Positions 1-12,952 of a stretch of 64,000 nt of DNA are shown here, in pieces (within the stretch, counting starts at the first letter, position 1; each line of letters begins with the position of its first letter). A program made the position numbers and the translations under genes. Below the pieces are notes generated by a model. The model ran no database searches. It saw only the letters and a program-made list of their open reading frames with translations, and was not told the DNA's origin. The stretch is from Ginglymostoma cirratum (taxonomy: Eukaryota): NCBI GenBank assembly GCA_024137785.1, contig JAHRHZ010000223.1, positions 12,836,284 to 12,900,283 of the forward strand, written 5' to 3'.

Positions 1-180
1 CCCCCCCCACCTCTCCCTCTCTCCCCCTCCACCTCTCCCTCTCACACACACAGACACTCACACACTCTCTCTCTCTCCCCCCCACGTCTCTCTCTCCCCC
101 ACCTCACACACGCCCGCGCACACTCTCTCCTCCACCTCTCTCTCTCTCACACACACATACATACACACACACACAGAGAC
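1..180. repeat. Compound (CT)n/(CA)n/poly-C microsatellite
   Basis: Interleaved ctctct, cacaca and cccc tracts, directly visible. Confidence 0.9.
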
Positions 181-695
181 AAACTTATTGGGTGAATTTA
201 CATTTGCAGATTCATTATATTTTGTTCAAAAAACACACAATTTGTAGGCACAGTCAGTGACTGGGACATTTTGTCAGTTCATGCTTTGGAAGTAAAACCA
301 GTCTGTCTCCAGGTTAAAACCCAGTCAGACTGTAAACAAGACGTCACATCTAAAATGCATTGTCTGATCTGAGATGTCATCTCTTATGCACTGATAAAAC
401 CTTTGGTTATCTTGGGGCAGTGACTTGAAAGAAATTCTGGAATTTGCATCTTAATCAATCAAAATCTGCATCTCCTTTCTAACCGATTAATGATTTAATG
501 GGAGGGAGTCAGTCAGCCAGCCATTTTAGGTTTATTCAGTACATTCCCATCCATTTTCTGATCTTTTCTGTGTAAGTTCTGGGTCGATACCTCCTCTCTC
601 AGTATACCGGGGGAAGGAACAACACTCTGAAAGCAACTGCTTGGACTATAACTTCGTGTCGTGTGATTTTTGATCTGGTCCAACCTCCACATCAT
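181..695 (+). mobile_element. Degenerate 3' UTR/pLTR of a Penelope-like element
   Basis: Tail 'gaaggaacaacactctgaaagc…ttggactataac…gtgtgatttttga…gtccaac' is the reverse-complement homologue of the better-preserved copy at 59366-59482. Confidence 0.6.
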
Positions 696-2724
696 TGCCA
701 AAGAAGCAAATGTGAGGTGTTAAAGCGTTATCTCACAGCAAGTGGTCTGGGTTTGAAATGCCTCGCCTGGAAATTTGGCAGAGGCAGGTTCAATTCAGAC
801 ATTCAAAAGAGCACTAATAGAAACAATATGCAGGGAGACGGGCAAAAAGCAGGAAACTGGCAGTTGGTCACAATGCTCAGACAGCTCGTGCAGAAATGGC
901 AGCCTTCTTCTGCACCACAACAATTGTGACTTTCTCTGAACAGCTCCTTATGGAAAGTTGCACTGCATAAAGCTAGACAAGGATGCAAGTAACTCTCTTC
1001 CAACAAGTTTAAACATGTTGAAAGAGATTTGACTTTTCTAAACAGTTAAAGTGATGTCATGTAAGCTAAGTAAAAGTGATGAGGGAAGCCAGTGTATCTC
1101 CTGTGCACTTTGTAAATTAGATTTGACACCATACCACATTTATAATCCATGAAGTTTCAAACTGAGGAAATATGAAACTACCCACTCTCTAGGGTATCAC
1201 TTGAGAGACCCCTAACCAGTCCCTGGATTTATACTGCAAGCTTAGTATTGGCGTAAAGCAGAAAACAAACCAGTGGACTGCTTTGAATTCTCCACTTTGT
1301 TCCACTGTTTTTGCTGTGGGTCGTATTATTTATCCATTCCAGCTTGTTTGCACCTATTCTTTTTACCTCTGTTCGCTGCGCCAAGTAAATTTCCACGAGG
1401 CTAAAGCATCAGAGAGAGTTCATAATCAAATATAATCAAATCAAATACAAAAACCAACATTTTCCAACAACACACGTTTGTTACAGGGAAATTCAACACG
1501 GAAAATATTCTAATATCGGGAGGAGAAATTATATAGCCAGATAAATAAATAGTGTAAAAACCTATACGATATTTAGGTGCAAAAATATATAGCACCACAT
1601 GGGAATTCACTCTTTTAAAATACAGTTGTGTTTTGTGATCATTTTCTACAGAATGCTCTGGTTTTGCAGTAAATTTTAGCATCTTGTAATTAATCAAGTG
1701 ATTCTCTCCTGACTACATATTCTTAGTAATTAAAGTTTTCTAATACAGTAGCTTATTCTTTCTGCTCCAGCACCTGCATTTCATTTGTTTACTTTCCCAT
1801 AGTCATAAATCTGCACAACTGTCAATGTGCCATAATATTAGTGCAGTAATCAAAGTTAATTAGCTCTCTCAATACACCACAACATGGCTATAATAGGGAA
1901 TCATTTAGAGTGTTCTGTATACCAAGTTACAAATGATTCATCAGTAACACAGCAATATGAAATCCCAAGTGACTGGTATTTAAGGAAGAAAATGCTCAAT
2001 TTCATACTGATTAAATTCTATTGGAAGCTTGATGTATTATTTTTTACCTCAACTTTCAACTAAAATTTATCTAGTGCCCATTATGTTTGGAAGAGGAAGA
2101 AAGAGCAGAGGGTTCCTTTTGAGTGATTTTCTGATGATACTAATTTACTGGTATTTTGTTGTGTGCACCACAAATTTCCGGATCTGGACAAAGAATGCAT
2201 TACCACACTGCAAACAGATACTTCTATTTAGTTTACATTTATGAAAAGCAATCTATGTGATAAGTGCACTTTGCAAACAAAAACAAAATCAAACACATAA
2301 CTACCTCAGACTTTGGAAAACATGCTTTGCAAAATTGGAAGAGTGACTAACAAAGGCTCATGTAGAAATCTCTTGAAAATACTGGCATACTGTTTTATCA
2401 TAGCTTCCAAAAGAGAATGTAAGGAAAGGAGGTTCAAACAAGACTGAAAAAGATCACCTTCTTTCGTTTATCCAGAACCAGCGTTAAGCAGTTTAAAGAA
2501 TGGACCATCATGTATACCTTCAGTCAATATTCTAATGTATGACCACTTTCTTGTTAAAAGTGCTCATACTCACAACTTTTGTTGACTTTCTGAAGCTCAT
2601 TCCCACAGTGCAGCTTTCCTGGTCCTATGACAGAATCTTCTCATCGTTCAACCGACTGATATTCTGGTGCATCTTAACTAAGATCACCTCTTGTAGCATA
2701 ACAGAAAACATTGTTCCTTGAGTA

Positions 2725-2875
2725 AAGATAGAAAATATTGGAAACATACAACATGTGAACCAGCAAGAAGAGAGGCTTTCAGGTCAGTGATTCTTTAATC
2801 AACATTAAGATCATTAACCTGACACTAATGCCATTTTCTTCCAAATTTCCAGCATCTAAGGGGTTTCTGACATTT
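2725..2875. mobile_element. Old degenerate fold-back (inverted pLTR pair) mini-element
   Basis: Centre tcaggtcagtgattctttaat-caac-attaagatcattaacctga (2779-2822) is an imperfect palindrome. The flank carries the 'atttccagcatct' tail motif shared with the 7541-7780 family. Confidence 0.45.
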
Positions 2876-2959
2876 GTTTGCTTTCAAATCCTTTCATCTC
2901 CTTTTAGTGCTCTGGTGCTTGGTGTTATCAGACAGATAGGCATCTGCTGCCTCTTTCAA

Positions 2960-3340
2960 CATGTGATGTTCCTCCTCTAACCATGGTGACCAGAACTATT
3001 GAACCATTCCAAATGTGGGCAAATCCATAGCCTGAGTAGGTATGGAATCACATTCTGTGTTTTGTCACCTACTTCATGAACCACAATCAATTTTGCCTTA
3101 TTTAGAGCTGTTGCATGCAATTGTTTCAATGGCCTACCTGCAAATACCTCCAAGTTCCTTTACCTGTTTGATGTCTTGAAGATCATAACTAAAATATAGT
3201 TCCAAAGTTTAATCTTCTTCCCAATCCCACCATTTTGCAACTATTGACACAGCAACATTTATCTTTTCCAAGACCAATTTCCTCCTTTATCGAAATCTTT
3301 GTGTACCTAATTAGTTTGGTCCTATTTGAAAACATCTGCT
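2960..3340 (-). mobile_element. Highly decayed CR1 LINE ORF2 fragment
   Basis: Motifs 'ggtgaccagaactattgaaccattccaaatgtgg' (reverse of HLEYCVQFWSP) and 'acatctgc' (reverse of ADD). Confidence 0.5.
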
Positions 3341-3384
3341 ATCTACGTTGTTACCACCAGTGAATTTTGACAGGCTTGTTCATT

Positions 3385-4020
3385 ATGCAACAGACCAAAC
3401 CTCCTCAAAATATGTTAAGGAGATAGCGTGGACCCTAACTTTTATCTTATTTAAAGGCAAGTGTAAGGTGCTGTGTTCCAGATGTGATTCAATTGGTCAC
3501 TTTACTAGGCTTTAACAAAACACACTTTATTCTTACACCACGGTTAAAACAAAAACAAAAAAGAAAGAATTAGCACAACTTTAACTCTTTCGAAATACTT
3601 TACTAAATAATATATTATTTAACTAGTACTCATCAACTGTTCCAATACAGCAGTATTCTGTAAACACACGTTTGGCATAGGCAAATTCAACAAAACATTT
3701 CCCTCACTTGCAATCACTTCCAGTCCAAAAGCCTGAAAGCATGAATCTCAAACCAGAGAAAGAACTCAAGATTTTGCAGCAGCAGGGACAGAGCTGTATG
3801 TAGTAGCTTCAACTCCAAAATCTCAACTTCAACAACTCAGAGCAAAACTAAAACCTTGGGTCTGTGCGAGCCTGACTCTATGCACTCAAGCTTCTTTTGT
3901 CTTTTTTTTTTAATAAACCAAAGCGATTTAGACTGTTTTCCATGGAGTAGACACCTTCTCACCAGGTTAACAACATCACTCTTCAAGAATGAATCCTTAA
4001 TAAAGGCACATATCATTACA
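3385..4020 (-). mobile_element. Possible solo LTR-like repeat
   Basis: About 630-bp block ending in 'cattaca' (TGTAATG on minus), with AATAAA on minus at about 3526. No TSD found. Confidence 0.3.
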
Positions 4021-4120
4021 GTCTCCACCCTGATTTCCAAATGAGTAAGATGCATCTAAAGTATAAAACTCCTAGAACAGATCCTTGGAGTGTCCTACAA
4101 GTTAACTATACAAGTTAACT

Positions 4121-5038
4121 TGCAGATGACACTAAGATTGGTGGAGTAGCAGATAGTGAAGGGGACTGTCGGAGAATGCAGCAGAATATAGATAGATTGG
4201 AGAGTTGGGCGGAGAAATGGCAGATGGAGTTCAATCCAGGCAAATGCGAGGTGATGCATTTTGGAAGATCTAATTCAACAGCGAACTATAAGGTAAATGG
4301 GAAAGCCCTGGGGAAAGTTGATGCACAGAGAGTTCTGGATGTTCAGGTCCATTGTTCCCTGAAGGTGGCAACGCAGTTGATAGAGTGGTCAAGAAGGCAC
4401 ACAGCATGCTTTCATTCATTGGACGGGGTATTGAGTATAAGAGTTGGCAGGTCATGTTACAGTTCTATAGGACTTTGGTTCGGCCACATTTGGAATACTG
4501 TGTACAGTTCTGGTCGCCACATTACCAAAAGGATGTGGATGCTTTGGAGAGGGTGCAGAGGAGGTTCACCAGGATGTTGCCTGGTATGGAGGGCGCTAGC
4601 TATGAAAAGAGGTTGAGTAGATTAGGATTTTTACGTTAGAAAGACGGAGGTTGAGGGGGTACCTGATTGAGGGCTACAAAATCATTAGAGGTATAGACAC
4701 GGTGGATAGCAAGAAGCTTTTTCCCCCAGAGTGGGGAACTCAGTTACTAGGGGTCACGATTTCAAGGTGAGAGGGGAAAAGTTTAAGGAAGATATGCGTG
4801 GAAAGTTCTTCACGCAGAGGGTGGGTGGTGCCTGGAACGCGTTGCCAGCGGAGGTAGTAGAGGCGGGCACGATAGCGTCATTTAAGATGTATCTCGACAG
4901 ATACATGAATGGGCAGGGAGCAGAGGGATACAGATCCTTGGAAAATAAGCGACAGGTTTAAATAGAGGAACTGGATCGGCGCAGGCTTGGAGGGCCGAAG
5001 GGCCTGTTCTGTGCTGTAATTTTCTTTGTTCTTGTTCT
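4121..5038 (+). mobile_element. 5'-truncated CR1 (HER1-like) LINE: RT C-terminus and 3' UTR
   Basis: Frameshifted ORFs ADDTKIGG…WAEKWQMEFNPGKCEVMHFG, LVRPHLEYCVQFWSP…LERVQRRFTRMLPG and TRGH…FFTQRV…WNALP. 3' UTR 'gggccgaagggcctgttctgtgctgtaa' with a ttcttg tail. Confidence 0.93.
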
Positions 5039-6674
5039 ATAACATTCAATGCCTCAATCAGGCAGGCTCCAGCGCACAAGTGAAACTTGACTACTGTACA
5101 AAATGATCATATCGAAGATTAACAGTTTGATCGTGAGTTTGATCAAATCAAATAACCACTTGCTTACAGACTGAATCGAAGGGATCAAAATATTACTGGG
5201 AACTGGGTGTCTTACTCGTTAGCTCCAGAAAACTCTGTAAATCAGCTGCTTGATGGGAGAAGTCACTCTTTCTTGAGAAGCTATAGGACATTTCTCAGTG
5301 CTATGAGCGGACGGTCTGCATCTTTCTATCTGCTTAAGTATCAACATGCAAATTCAGGGGTTCTGCCAATGCCATGCCAAAGGCACTTTTGTAAACGGGG
5401 ATCGTGTGTACTGTATATTCCTAATCATGCAACTTCAATTCCACTACAACAGATTTTCATTAGCTTGGTTTAGAGATTCTTAAAGATGGTGACAGGTTTC
5501 CACACGCATCGTAGACCTGCACGGCTATAAACAAAATCCACAGTCATAATTTTTCTTTAAAGGGACTTGTAAAAATTGAAATGCATTTTATAGAAAGAAA
5601 TTTATGCTTCTTGGCTTTTCAAAACAGAAAGTTGTAAAAGAAATGAAATTCTGATGAAGAAAATTTGAAATTCAATGAAAATCTACTGGTCACAATTAAA
5701 TAATGATTCATTTGCAGACCAAAATCAGAGCAGTGATCCATTGTTCCGTGCATAAGGAATAATGAAATATGCCTCGTTGGTAAGTGGAAATTGTAATTCT
5801 ATTGCAAGTGTTTAAAGAAAAATACAAGCACACAGATTCTATCAGCACCCAGGCTGGATCCTGTCAAAGGGCAGGCAGGGCATGATAGATCAAATGGCTT
5901 CCTTCTGTACTGTCAGATTCTCTGAATTTAATGTAATCTACTTTACAAAAAATAGCTAAATGAATTCAATTTAATCTACAGCTCTATTCTGTTGTGCATT
6001 ATAAAACCACACTATTTATTAAATGTTCCCTTTTCAGTTTAGAAAATATGGAACATTGCAGAGATTTCTGTTGCACAATTTGTGTGCAATAATGTCAGTT
6101 ATCAACTGGATTTTGCCATTGACGAGTCACTAATTCCAGCTTCCAGTCTCAAAAAGGTTAGAATGATTATTGTTTAGGCTTTTGTCCAACAACTTTTGCA
6201 CATTCCTGACTGAGCCACAGCTGCCTCAAGCAGGTCTTTATGGACCAAAACTTGAGTCTTTAATTTCCATAGTGGACAGGTTATCAGGTAGTTATCAATT
6301 CTGGTCAATGGAGGATATGTAAGATGCACATCATGCTCTTCATCACAGAAGACAGGCAAAAAGACAAAAGCTATACCATTGCACAAATGCAGAGCTCCTT
6401 AAGAAGATATACATGCAGGTAGATTAGCACTGCAAAGAAAAAGACCTAGCAAGTCAGCCTGATAACCAGCCTTCTACAATATACAATATACGTAGAAAAT
6501 GCTAGAAATAGTCAGCACATCAGGCAATACGTGATGAAAAAGTGAATTAAGTTAATCATGGTCCAGATCTTCCAACAGGAAGACGGGCTTCACATCAGGA
6601 CAACATAGAGGTCACTACACAGCTGATTCTGCAGGAAATTGAAACTTCCAAGTAAAAATGAATCAACATCTAGA

Positions 6675-6806
6675 CCTCGGAGGAAACACACACAGACACA
6701 GGGAGAATGTGCAAACTCCACACACAGTCGCCCAAGGATGGAATCGAACCTGGATCCTTGGTGTTTTGAGGCTGCAGTGCTAACCACTGAGCCACTGTGC
6801 CACCCC
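6675..6806 (-). mobile_element. HE1-type V-SINE, 5' tRNA-derived part
   Basis: Minus strand GTGGCACAGTGGCTCAGTGGTTAGCACTGC (A box), GGTTCGATTCC (B box), then 'tgtgtggagtttgcacattctccc'. Confidence 0.88.
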
Positions 6807-6977
6807 CTTAGTTGATGGAATCAACTGTCGCCAGGCAAAAGCAAGCTCAACATTCAGCAGACTCACCCACAGAAATCATGGAGTTGGTTTTAAAACAAAT
6901 ATCAAAATTGACCAGGCAGCAGTCATCACAACACTTCTTTACGAGGGATGGTCAACCACTGTCATGTCATAAAGCAA

Positions 6978-7105
6978 GTTCTGAAGGGTCACTGGTCTCG
7001 AAGCGTTAACTCTGTTTTCTCTCCAAATATGTTGCCAGACCTGCTGAATTTCCCCAATTTCTGTTTTTGTTTCTTTCAGATCTCCAGCATCTGCAGTTCT
7101 TTCTT
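6978..7105 (+). mobile_element. Single degenerate PLE terminal-repeat copy
   Basis: ttctgaagggtcactggtctcgaagcgttaac…gccagacctgctg…tccagcatctgcag, homologous to the arms at 7570-7780. Confidence 0.65.
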
Positions 7106-7254
7106 TTACATTAGATACATTCCACCTTCATGTTTAAGATCTATCAACAAAGTCAAGTAGCTGAACAAGCCCTAACTTTAAAGTTATTACATGATACCAC
7201 ATTGCAGAGATAGCTCACAGATCAATAATATTTTTACAGACTATTTTTTGTAGA

Positions 7255-7470
7255 GTAATAGAGTTTACAGCATGGAAAGAGGCCTTTCAGCCAAATCATG
7301 TCTGCACAAGTAATCAATCATCCATCTATTATAATCCCATTTTCTAGCACTAAGCCTATAACCTTCCACCCTTTGTTTACTGAGAATCTATTCTCTTCTG
7401 CCACAAAAAGTTTCAAACTCCGCTTCCACTGCCTTTTGAGAAAGAGGTGCAAAGACTCATGATCTTCTGT
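7255..7470 (-). mobile_element. Decayed CR1 3' end
   Basis: 'tacagcatggaaagaggcctttcagcc' is the reverse of the CR1/HE1 3' tail. Confidence 0.55.
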
Positions 7471-7540
7471 GGTGGAGAGAGAGAGAACAATCTTTGTCCT
7501 TTCCAGTGTTTGCTGTACAAAGCTGAGTCCTGCTCATGGT

Positions 7541-7780
7541 AAACCAAAAGAACTGCAAATGCTGTGAATCAGGAACAAAAACAGAAGTTGCTGGAAAAGC
7601 TCAGCAGGTCTGGCAGCATCTGTGAAGAAAAAAAATCAGTTAACATTTCAGATCCGGTGACCCTTCTGCAAATCCTTGTGAGGAAGGGTCACCAGATCTG
7701 AAATGCTAACTTTGATTTTTTTCTTCACAGATGCTGCCAGATCTGCTGAGCTTTTCCAGCCACTTCTATGTTTGTTCCTG
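7541..7780. mobile_element. Fold-back mini-element (two inverted PLE terminal repeats)
   Basis: Arms about 7570-7666 and 7683-7780 are near reverse complements. Flanking direct repeat tcctgctcatg (7528-7538) / tcctgttcatg (7776-7786). Confidence 0.85.
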
Positions 7781-8077
7781 TTCATGCCAGCTGGCCAGTA
7801 CAAAGGCAGTAGCGTGGTAAAGACACAGAGAGAGACGGAACTGGCCATCCCTTGGAATACATGTGAAAGGTGACTCACGTCTGATCATTAAACTGCAGCA
7901 CATAGATGTGGCCAAGAAATATAATTGAACATAAATAAAGTGCCGTGTAAATCTGTATTAAAGTGACTATAAAGTAGGTATTTGTCATCCAGAACATTGT
8001 AAGTCAGAGGTTGCTTATTGCAATTGAACTTGAACCTTCTCCCTGCTCCCCACATCTGTCATTGTAATTTCTTTTTT

Positions 8078-8200
8078 AATTATTTGTTCATGGGGTGTCG
8101 ATGTCACTGGTTGGGCCAGCATTTATTGCCCATCTCTAATTGCCCTTGAGAAGCTGATGGTAAGCTGCCTTCATGAACCACTGCAATCCTTTGGGTGTAA
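8078..8200 (-). mobile_element. 3' tail of a shark LINE/SINE family ('…ttctcaagggcaattagagatgggcaataaatgctggccc…')
   Basis: The same tail recurs at about 12870, 28600, 35270, 46190, 47620, 56310 and 56810. Confidence 0.7.
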
Positions 8201-10676
8201 TATTGTAAGATGTCATGACAAACAGAATTTCACTCTCATTGGAATTAAATGAGTAACACTTGACAAATCAACATCACATTCTTACCTCTTAGTTGCTGTG
8301 CCTCATCATTACCACATATGTGCAGTGCACGTAGAGTTTCCTAAGAAACTGAGTAATTGTTAACATGTTTATTCAGCTTGAAACACATTTCTGTAATTAT
8401 AATTAAATTATACTGATGCAAACCTAATTGATTTATAAATGTTCCTGCATTACAGCTAAGTAACAAACAATCTACTTTGATTGAAAAGGTTAATAATTCC
8501 AGGTCTAAATAACTCTGGTTGAAAGCAGAAAATAATTAGACTGTGTATTTTCTAAATTTGTTTTTCAAGGTGCTGGGTGATTTCACACAGACGACATTAA
8601 GCCCATATACTTCGGCTTGGGATTTCATAAAAACGTCACCAAGTATCAGAACTTGCAACTGCAAAGGCAGCATTGGTAGGCTGCTGGTTCAATTTCTTCC
8701 CTTCACTCCTTAAATTTCCAATCAAAGCAAAAAGGGGAGTATCAAAAATAGGTAAATTATGGACTTATGACTGATTCCCTTGGGTGTCTGTGGCAGCTGA
8801 AAGAATACGGAAATTGCTGGCAACAGATGGCAACAGGTGGTCCCAGCAGCAGGTGGATGGTGGTTTAGAAAAGTGGGCAAGAAAACAATTCAATTGATTA
8901 TTCAATATATATTGCAGATCAGTACGTTCTGGTACATTAACTCACTCCATCTTGGACCTTGCACCATCAAGGGCCAAGATGCAGGCTTGGATTAGATTTC
9001 TCACAACTCAAGTCCCTGAGCTTTGGGTTCACAAAGGAAGAAATTTTACTTTATTGAAATGAGCAAGCAGAAGGTTAAAGTGACCTTTCTTTAACACAAC
9101 TGAAAACTCTTCAGCTGAACTTTATTTTCATTTTGAGAAAAAAGCAACTGTAGTCATGATTCAAATATTTTTCCATGAGTGAGATACATTCAAATGTACC
9201 TTCCTACATTATGATCTCCATTATGATCACTTTCGTAAAATGTAAGCTCTTTCTGTTAAAAAAGCAAAATACAGACAGCCACAAGGTGGGCACTCACACA
9301 GTATGTCTGAATGCTTTTTGGTGCTGAGACCCCTAGAGCTCAAAAGAATCTGATGCACAGTAGTCACATCTCCCCAAGAAACAATAGTGTTCCCTTTAAA
9401 TTGGCAATCTAATGAAAATGTTTATAAAACTGCAGCAATAGGCACTGCAAAGAAAAGCAGCTGCACAGTGACTTTTATTTTTACTGCAACTGTATCATAC
9501 AAATTTCCCCCGAGGAAAACTCAATCCTGCAGGAACGTAAGTTATATTAGAGCACTGTCCCATTAGTGTCTCTTTCTACTTTTTGTCAGCCTTTTGTGTG
9601 GCAAATTGCAGCAGACAAGAGCACTCCATTGCATAATAACAGTATGATTTTAGAGCTTACACTTGTTGTCCCAATTAGCTAAGAATGCGTTATTTAGTAA
9701 CTATCTATGACCAACAAGCTCAGGGATGTTAAAATGCTGCTATTCTCATAATATGCAGTAACATTTTCTTATTATTCATATAATAGAGATTTCATTGTTA
9801 AAGTCTCTTGAACAATGGTCACATTTCATTCTGTTGTAACTTACAGAGAGAGGAAAGAAGCTCTTAAAAGGTGGAATAACAAAATATTTTCAAATACGTC
9901 TTCTTCACATGTCTGCTAGCTGTTGACACCATTCACCAGAAAAACACCACTTGTGTGTATAATTTTACCCAAACTAATACAGAGTTAAGAGAAACAACAA
10001 ATCACAACACCTCTGGAATAATATTCAAATGTTGCTGAAGTCTAACACTTCAACAAACAGTGAAACCACAATGTCCAAACAATTTTTGCAATTGAGACTC
10101 TTGGCAGAATATAAACAATGAGAAACTGATATTTGATATATTTAACCAATTTGAAATATAGAAATACCACACTTTTCATTTAAAAATTACACCTAACATG
10201 TTTCTTACTAATACATTTCTTTTTGAATTGCAAATTTTACATTAAGTGTTCAATTAATATGCTTTTACATTTGCCCCAGTCTTGGTGTTTTGTTTTGTGA
10301 TCCTTGTGCAGCTGGGGTAATTCTGCAACATCGGTGGAGAGCTATGCTTGCAGGGCGCAAACAGCAAAATCAGTACAACAATCCTCTAACCTCATTTGCA
10401 AGCATGGCTGCCAATAAGCATATCTTCCCATTGCGGATCATGGAATTACACACTGAACTTGAAAGAAAACATGGTCATGGGAATGTTAAGTATACATATC
10501 CTAGAATTATGGACACTATTGTCAATCCAAAGTTCCAGTTGGATAGCTAAGTTTGAATCCTCATATCTCAGTGTGAATTTTTAGTCCAAAAAAGTAGAAT
10601 TTACTGAACAGACTTATTAGTAGGCATGGGTTAGATAAGTCGAGTAAAGGTTTTGACACAACATAGCAACACTCAC

Positions 10677-10783
10677 CCATTCATCCAGTATCTGTTGTGT
10701 GGCCTCATTGCCTCGAGCTCGATTTCTGCAGGCTAGGACAACATGGGCTCCATGCAAAGCTAAAGAGCGTGCAGTCTCAAAAC
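10677..10783 (-). CDS. WWOX: Internal coding exon of WW domain-containing oxidoreductase (orthologous to human exon 5), N-terminal part of the SDR Rossmann fold
   Basis: Minus strand reads ...GTTTGTTTTGGTAG|GT TTT GAG ACT GCA...GAT GAA TGG|GTGAGT, with canonical acceptor and donor. It is 107 nt, phase 1 in and phase 0 out. Translation (G)[35 protein letters not shown] versus recalled human WWOX [36 protein letters not shown] gives 26/36 identity. Human exon 5 is also 107 nt and also ends at EW. Confidence 0.95.
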
Positions 10784-12864
10784 CTACCAAAACAAACATC
10801 ATTATTGCTTACATATGTGGTAGGGTGGGGGAAAATCCAGTTCTCAGACTTTCAACTGTCTCTGCTTGAATAAGCAACAATTTTAGAAGGTTTGAGCGCA
10901 GTTGCACCATCACAAGGCGCTGACTTACATGAAGGCCCTACAGTGCAACTTAGCAGCCTGAGAACAACGTCACGTAACTTTTACCAATAACAATGTCTAT
11001 TTGCAATAATGTTACCAGACAATCTAACTGGGTAAGTTTATTTGAAAAACAGTGGGCATTTGTCAATTATTTCAAAATTAGTGAGCATGATCACCTCCTA
11101 CAAGTACAACATTTGTCAGGAAATTAGTGCATATGCTACCCTTCCCACCTTTCATTCTGCTCATTTTGAATTTATGTTTTTAATTTCCTTGATGTTGCAG
11201 CACTGGTTCCGATTTGCAAAGGGACTACAATACCCGAAGGGATAATACCAGACATGCAAACTCACCCACAAGTTATTATAAACTGTATAATAAATGAGTT
11301 GTGATTCAGTACTATTTATTTCTATACTAGTGACTGCCAGCTGTGCAATCTTTCCAGATATCTTTTCAGTCATTTTATGGCAAATGGGAGCAAATTCCTG
11401 CCAAAAACGAGCCAACTCTCAAAGTAATAATTTGCTACAGTTTAAATGCAGTCTTCAGAAAGTTTAGCAGAGGCTGCTTATTTTCTGTGCTTCACTCATA
11501 TCTTCCCACTCCAATTGAAGTTGGGGAAAAATTGCTTTTCAGTACTTTGGAAGTCATCCCAAAAGTATTCAACATCAACCCAACATGCACAATGTCTTTT
11601 AACGGTTCGGTTCAACCTGGGTTTATATGGCACAGAATCAGAAAAAATGTCTTAGAATCCACCCAAGACATAAAAACCAGTGAAAGTGACATGGCTGTGA
11701 TCCAGAACAATTCAATGGATATTTGATCCAGTTTTCCATTTAATGAGCCAATAATGGTCTGAGGTTAGCCTCTGGTTTCAGATTACCCTCCCAATTAATG
11801 GCCTTTTTTAAAAAAGTCCAACTATGAACCCCTGCTCAGACAATTCAAAGCATATAGAACAATGGGCCAACTACCTAGATCCTTCTTCTTGGACAGGTTA
11901 ATACAAAAAGCACACACAATCACACTGTTTGTTACAAACTGTGCTTCCCTCCACTTCAAATGTTACTTCACTGACCATGTCAGGTTCATTGCACGCTCCA
12001 GTTGATCTGGGATTGAAACCATTGATATATAAATTATATATCTCTCATCACACCTTTACGTATTGCAAGCAAAGCATACTGATTATGTGCTCTGGATGCT
12101 CAACATTTATGGAAATATAATCTTGATGTCATCAATTGCAGTGCAAGAAATAGTAAATACTATCATCCAAGTACATCAAGTATTGTGCCTTCTTTATACT
12201 TCAACCAAAGGAATCTATTACACAAGGAAAAGTGTTGAACAATCAAATAACTAATTCACCGTTGGCCCACGGAGTGGTTGGGAAGGTTTTGGAAACAGAA
12301 TATGACAACTTAAACACGTATGGCTGTTCAGAAGATTCTCTCTCAAAATAGTGAGCAAACATGCTGGATCTGGGTAAAGTTTCTTTTTATGACAGTTTTA
12401 ATAAAGTGGTTGAGTTCGGTGAAACTATTGAATACATAAACCCGCATTAAACTGAAATATTATTAGACATCATGCATGAGAGGGTAGCATTCAGCAATAC
12501 TGGAACGACTCCCCTTGATGTTTTGTGTGAATGACTGAAAAAGATTGGGGGTTGTTATTAATGCACAAGCAGACTGAATGTGCATTCCACCTTTTCAAAA
12601 CAATGGATGGAGAAGATGATGATTTCTTCTGCAGGGACGATTTTGAAACCAAAATGACTAAATCTGTTCCACAACAGGACCCATGCAATAAATGCTCTAG
12701 TCAAACAGAATCAAAATTAATCTGAACTCTGCATCAGATATGAATGACAATGAATTTGACAAATGTCTGAAATATTTTAATTGTAATTAAAGATGTCCTT
12801 GCAGAATGAATTAATTCAATAAATATGTTATATCAATTTAATTTCTATTATCAATGCCATTTTT

Positions 12865-12952
12865 TTTATTCATTTGTGGCATGTGCATTTTGCTGGCTGG
12901 TCATCATTTACAGCCCATCCCTGGTTGCCCTTGAGAAAGGAGTGATGAGCTC
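12865..12952 (-). mobile_element. Same LINE/SINE 3' tail fragment
   Basis: 'gctggctggtcatcatttacagcccatccctggttgcccttgagaa' is homologous to 8078-8200. Confidence 0.6.

Larger units (their letters stand above)
1..10676 (-). other. WWOX: WWOX intron 5 (partial)
   Basis: Downstream of the GTGAGT donor at 10671-10676. No exon-6 sequence (HKAKVEAM…) seen. Confidence 0.75.

Noticed and set aside
10617-10802. Treating the 61-aa ORF as a complete small protein
   Set aside because: Only 10677-10783 matches WWOX and it is bounded by AG/GT; the flanking residues are intronic.
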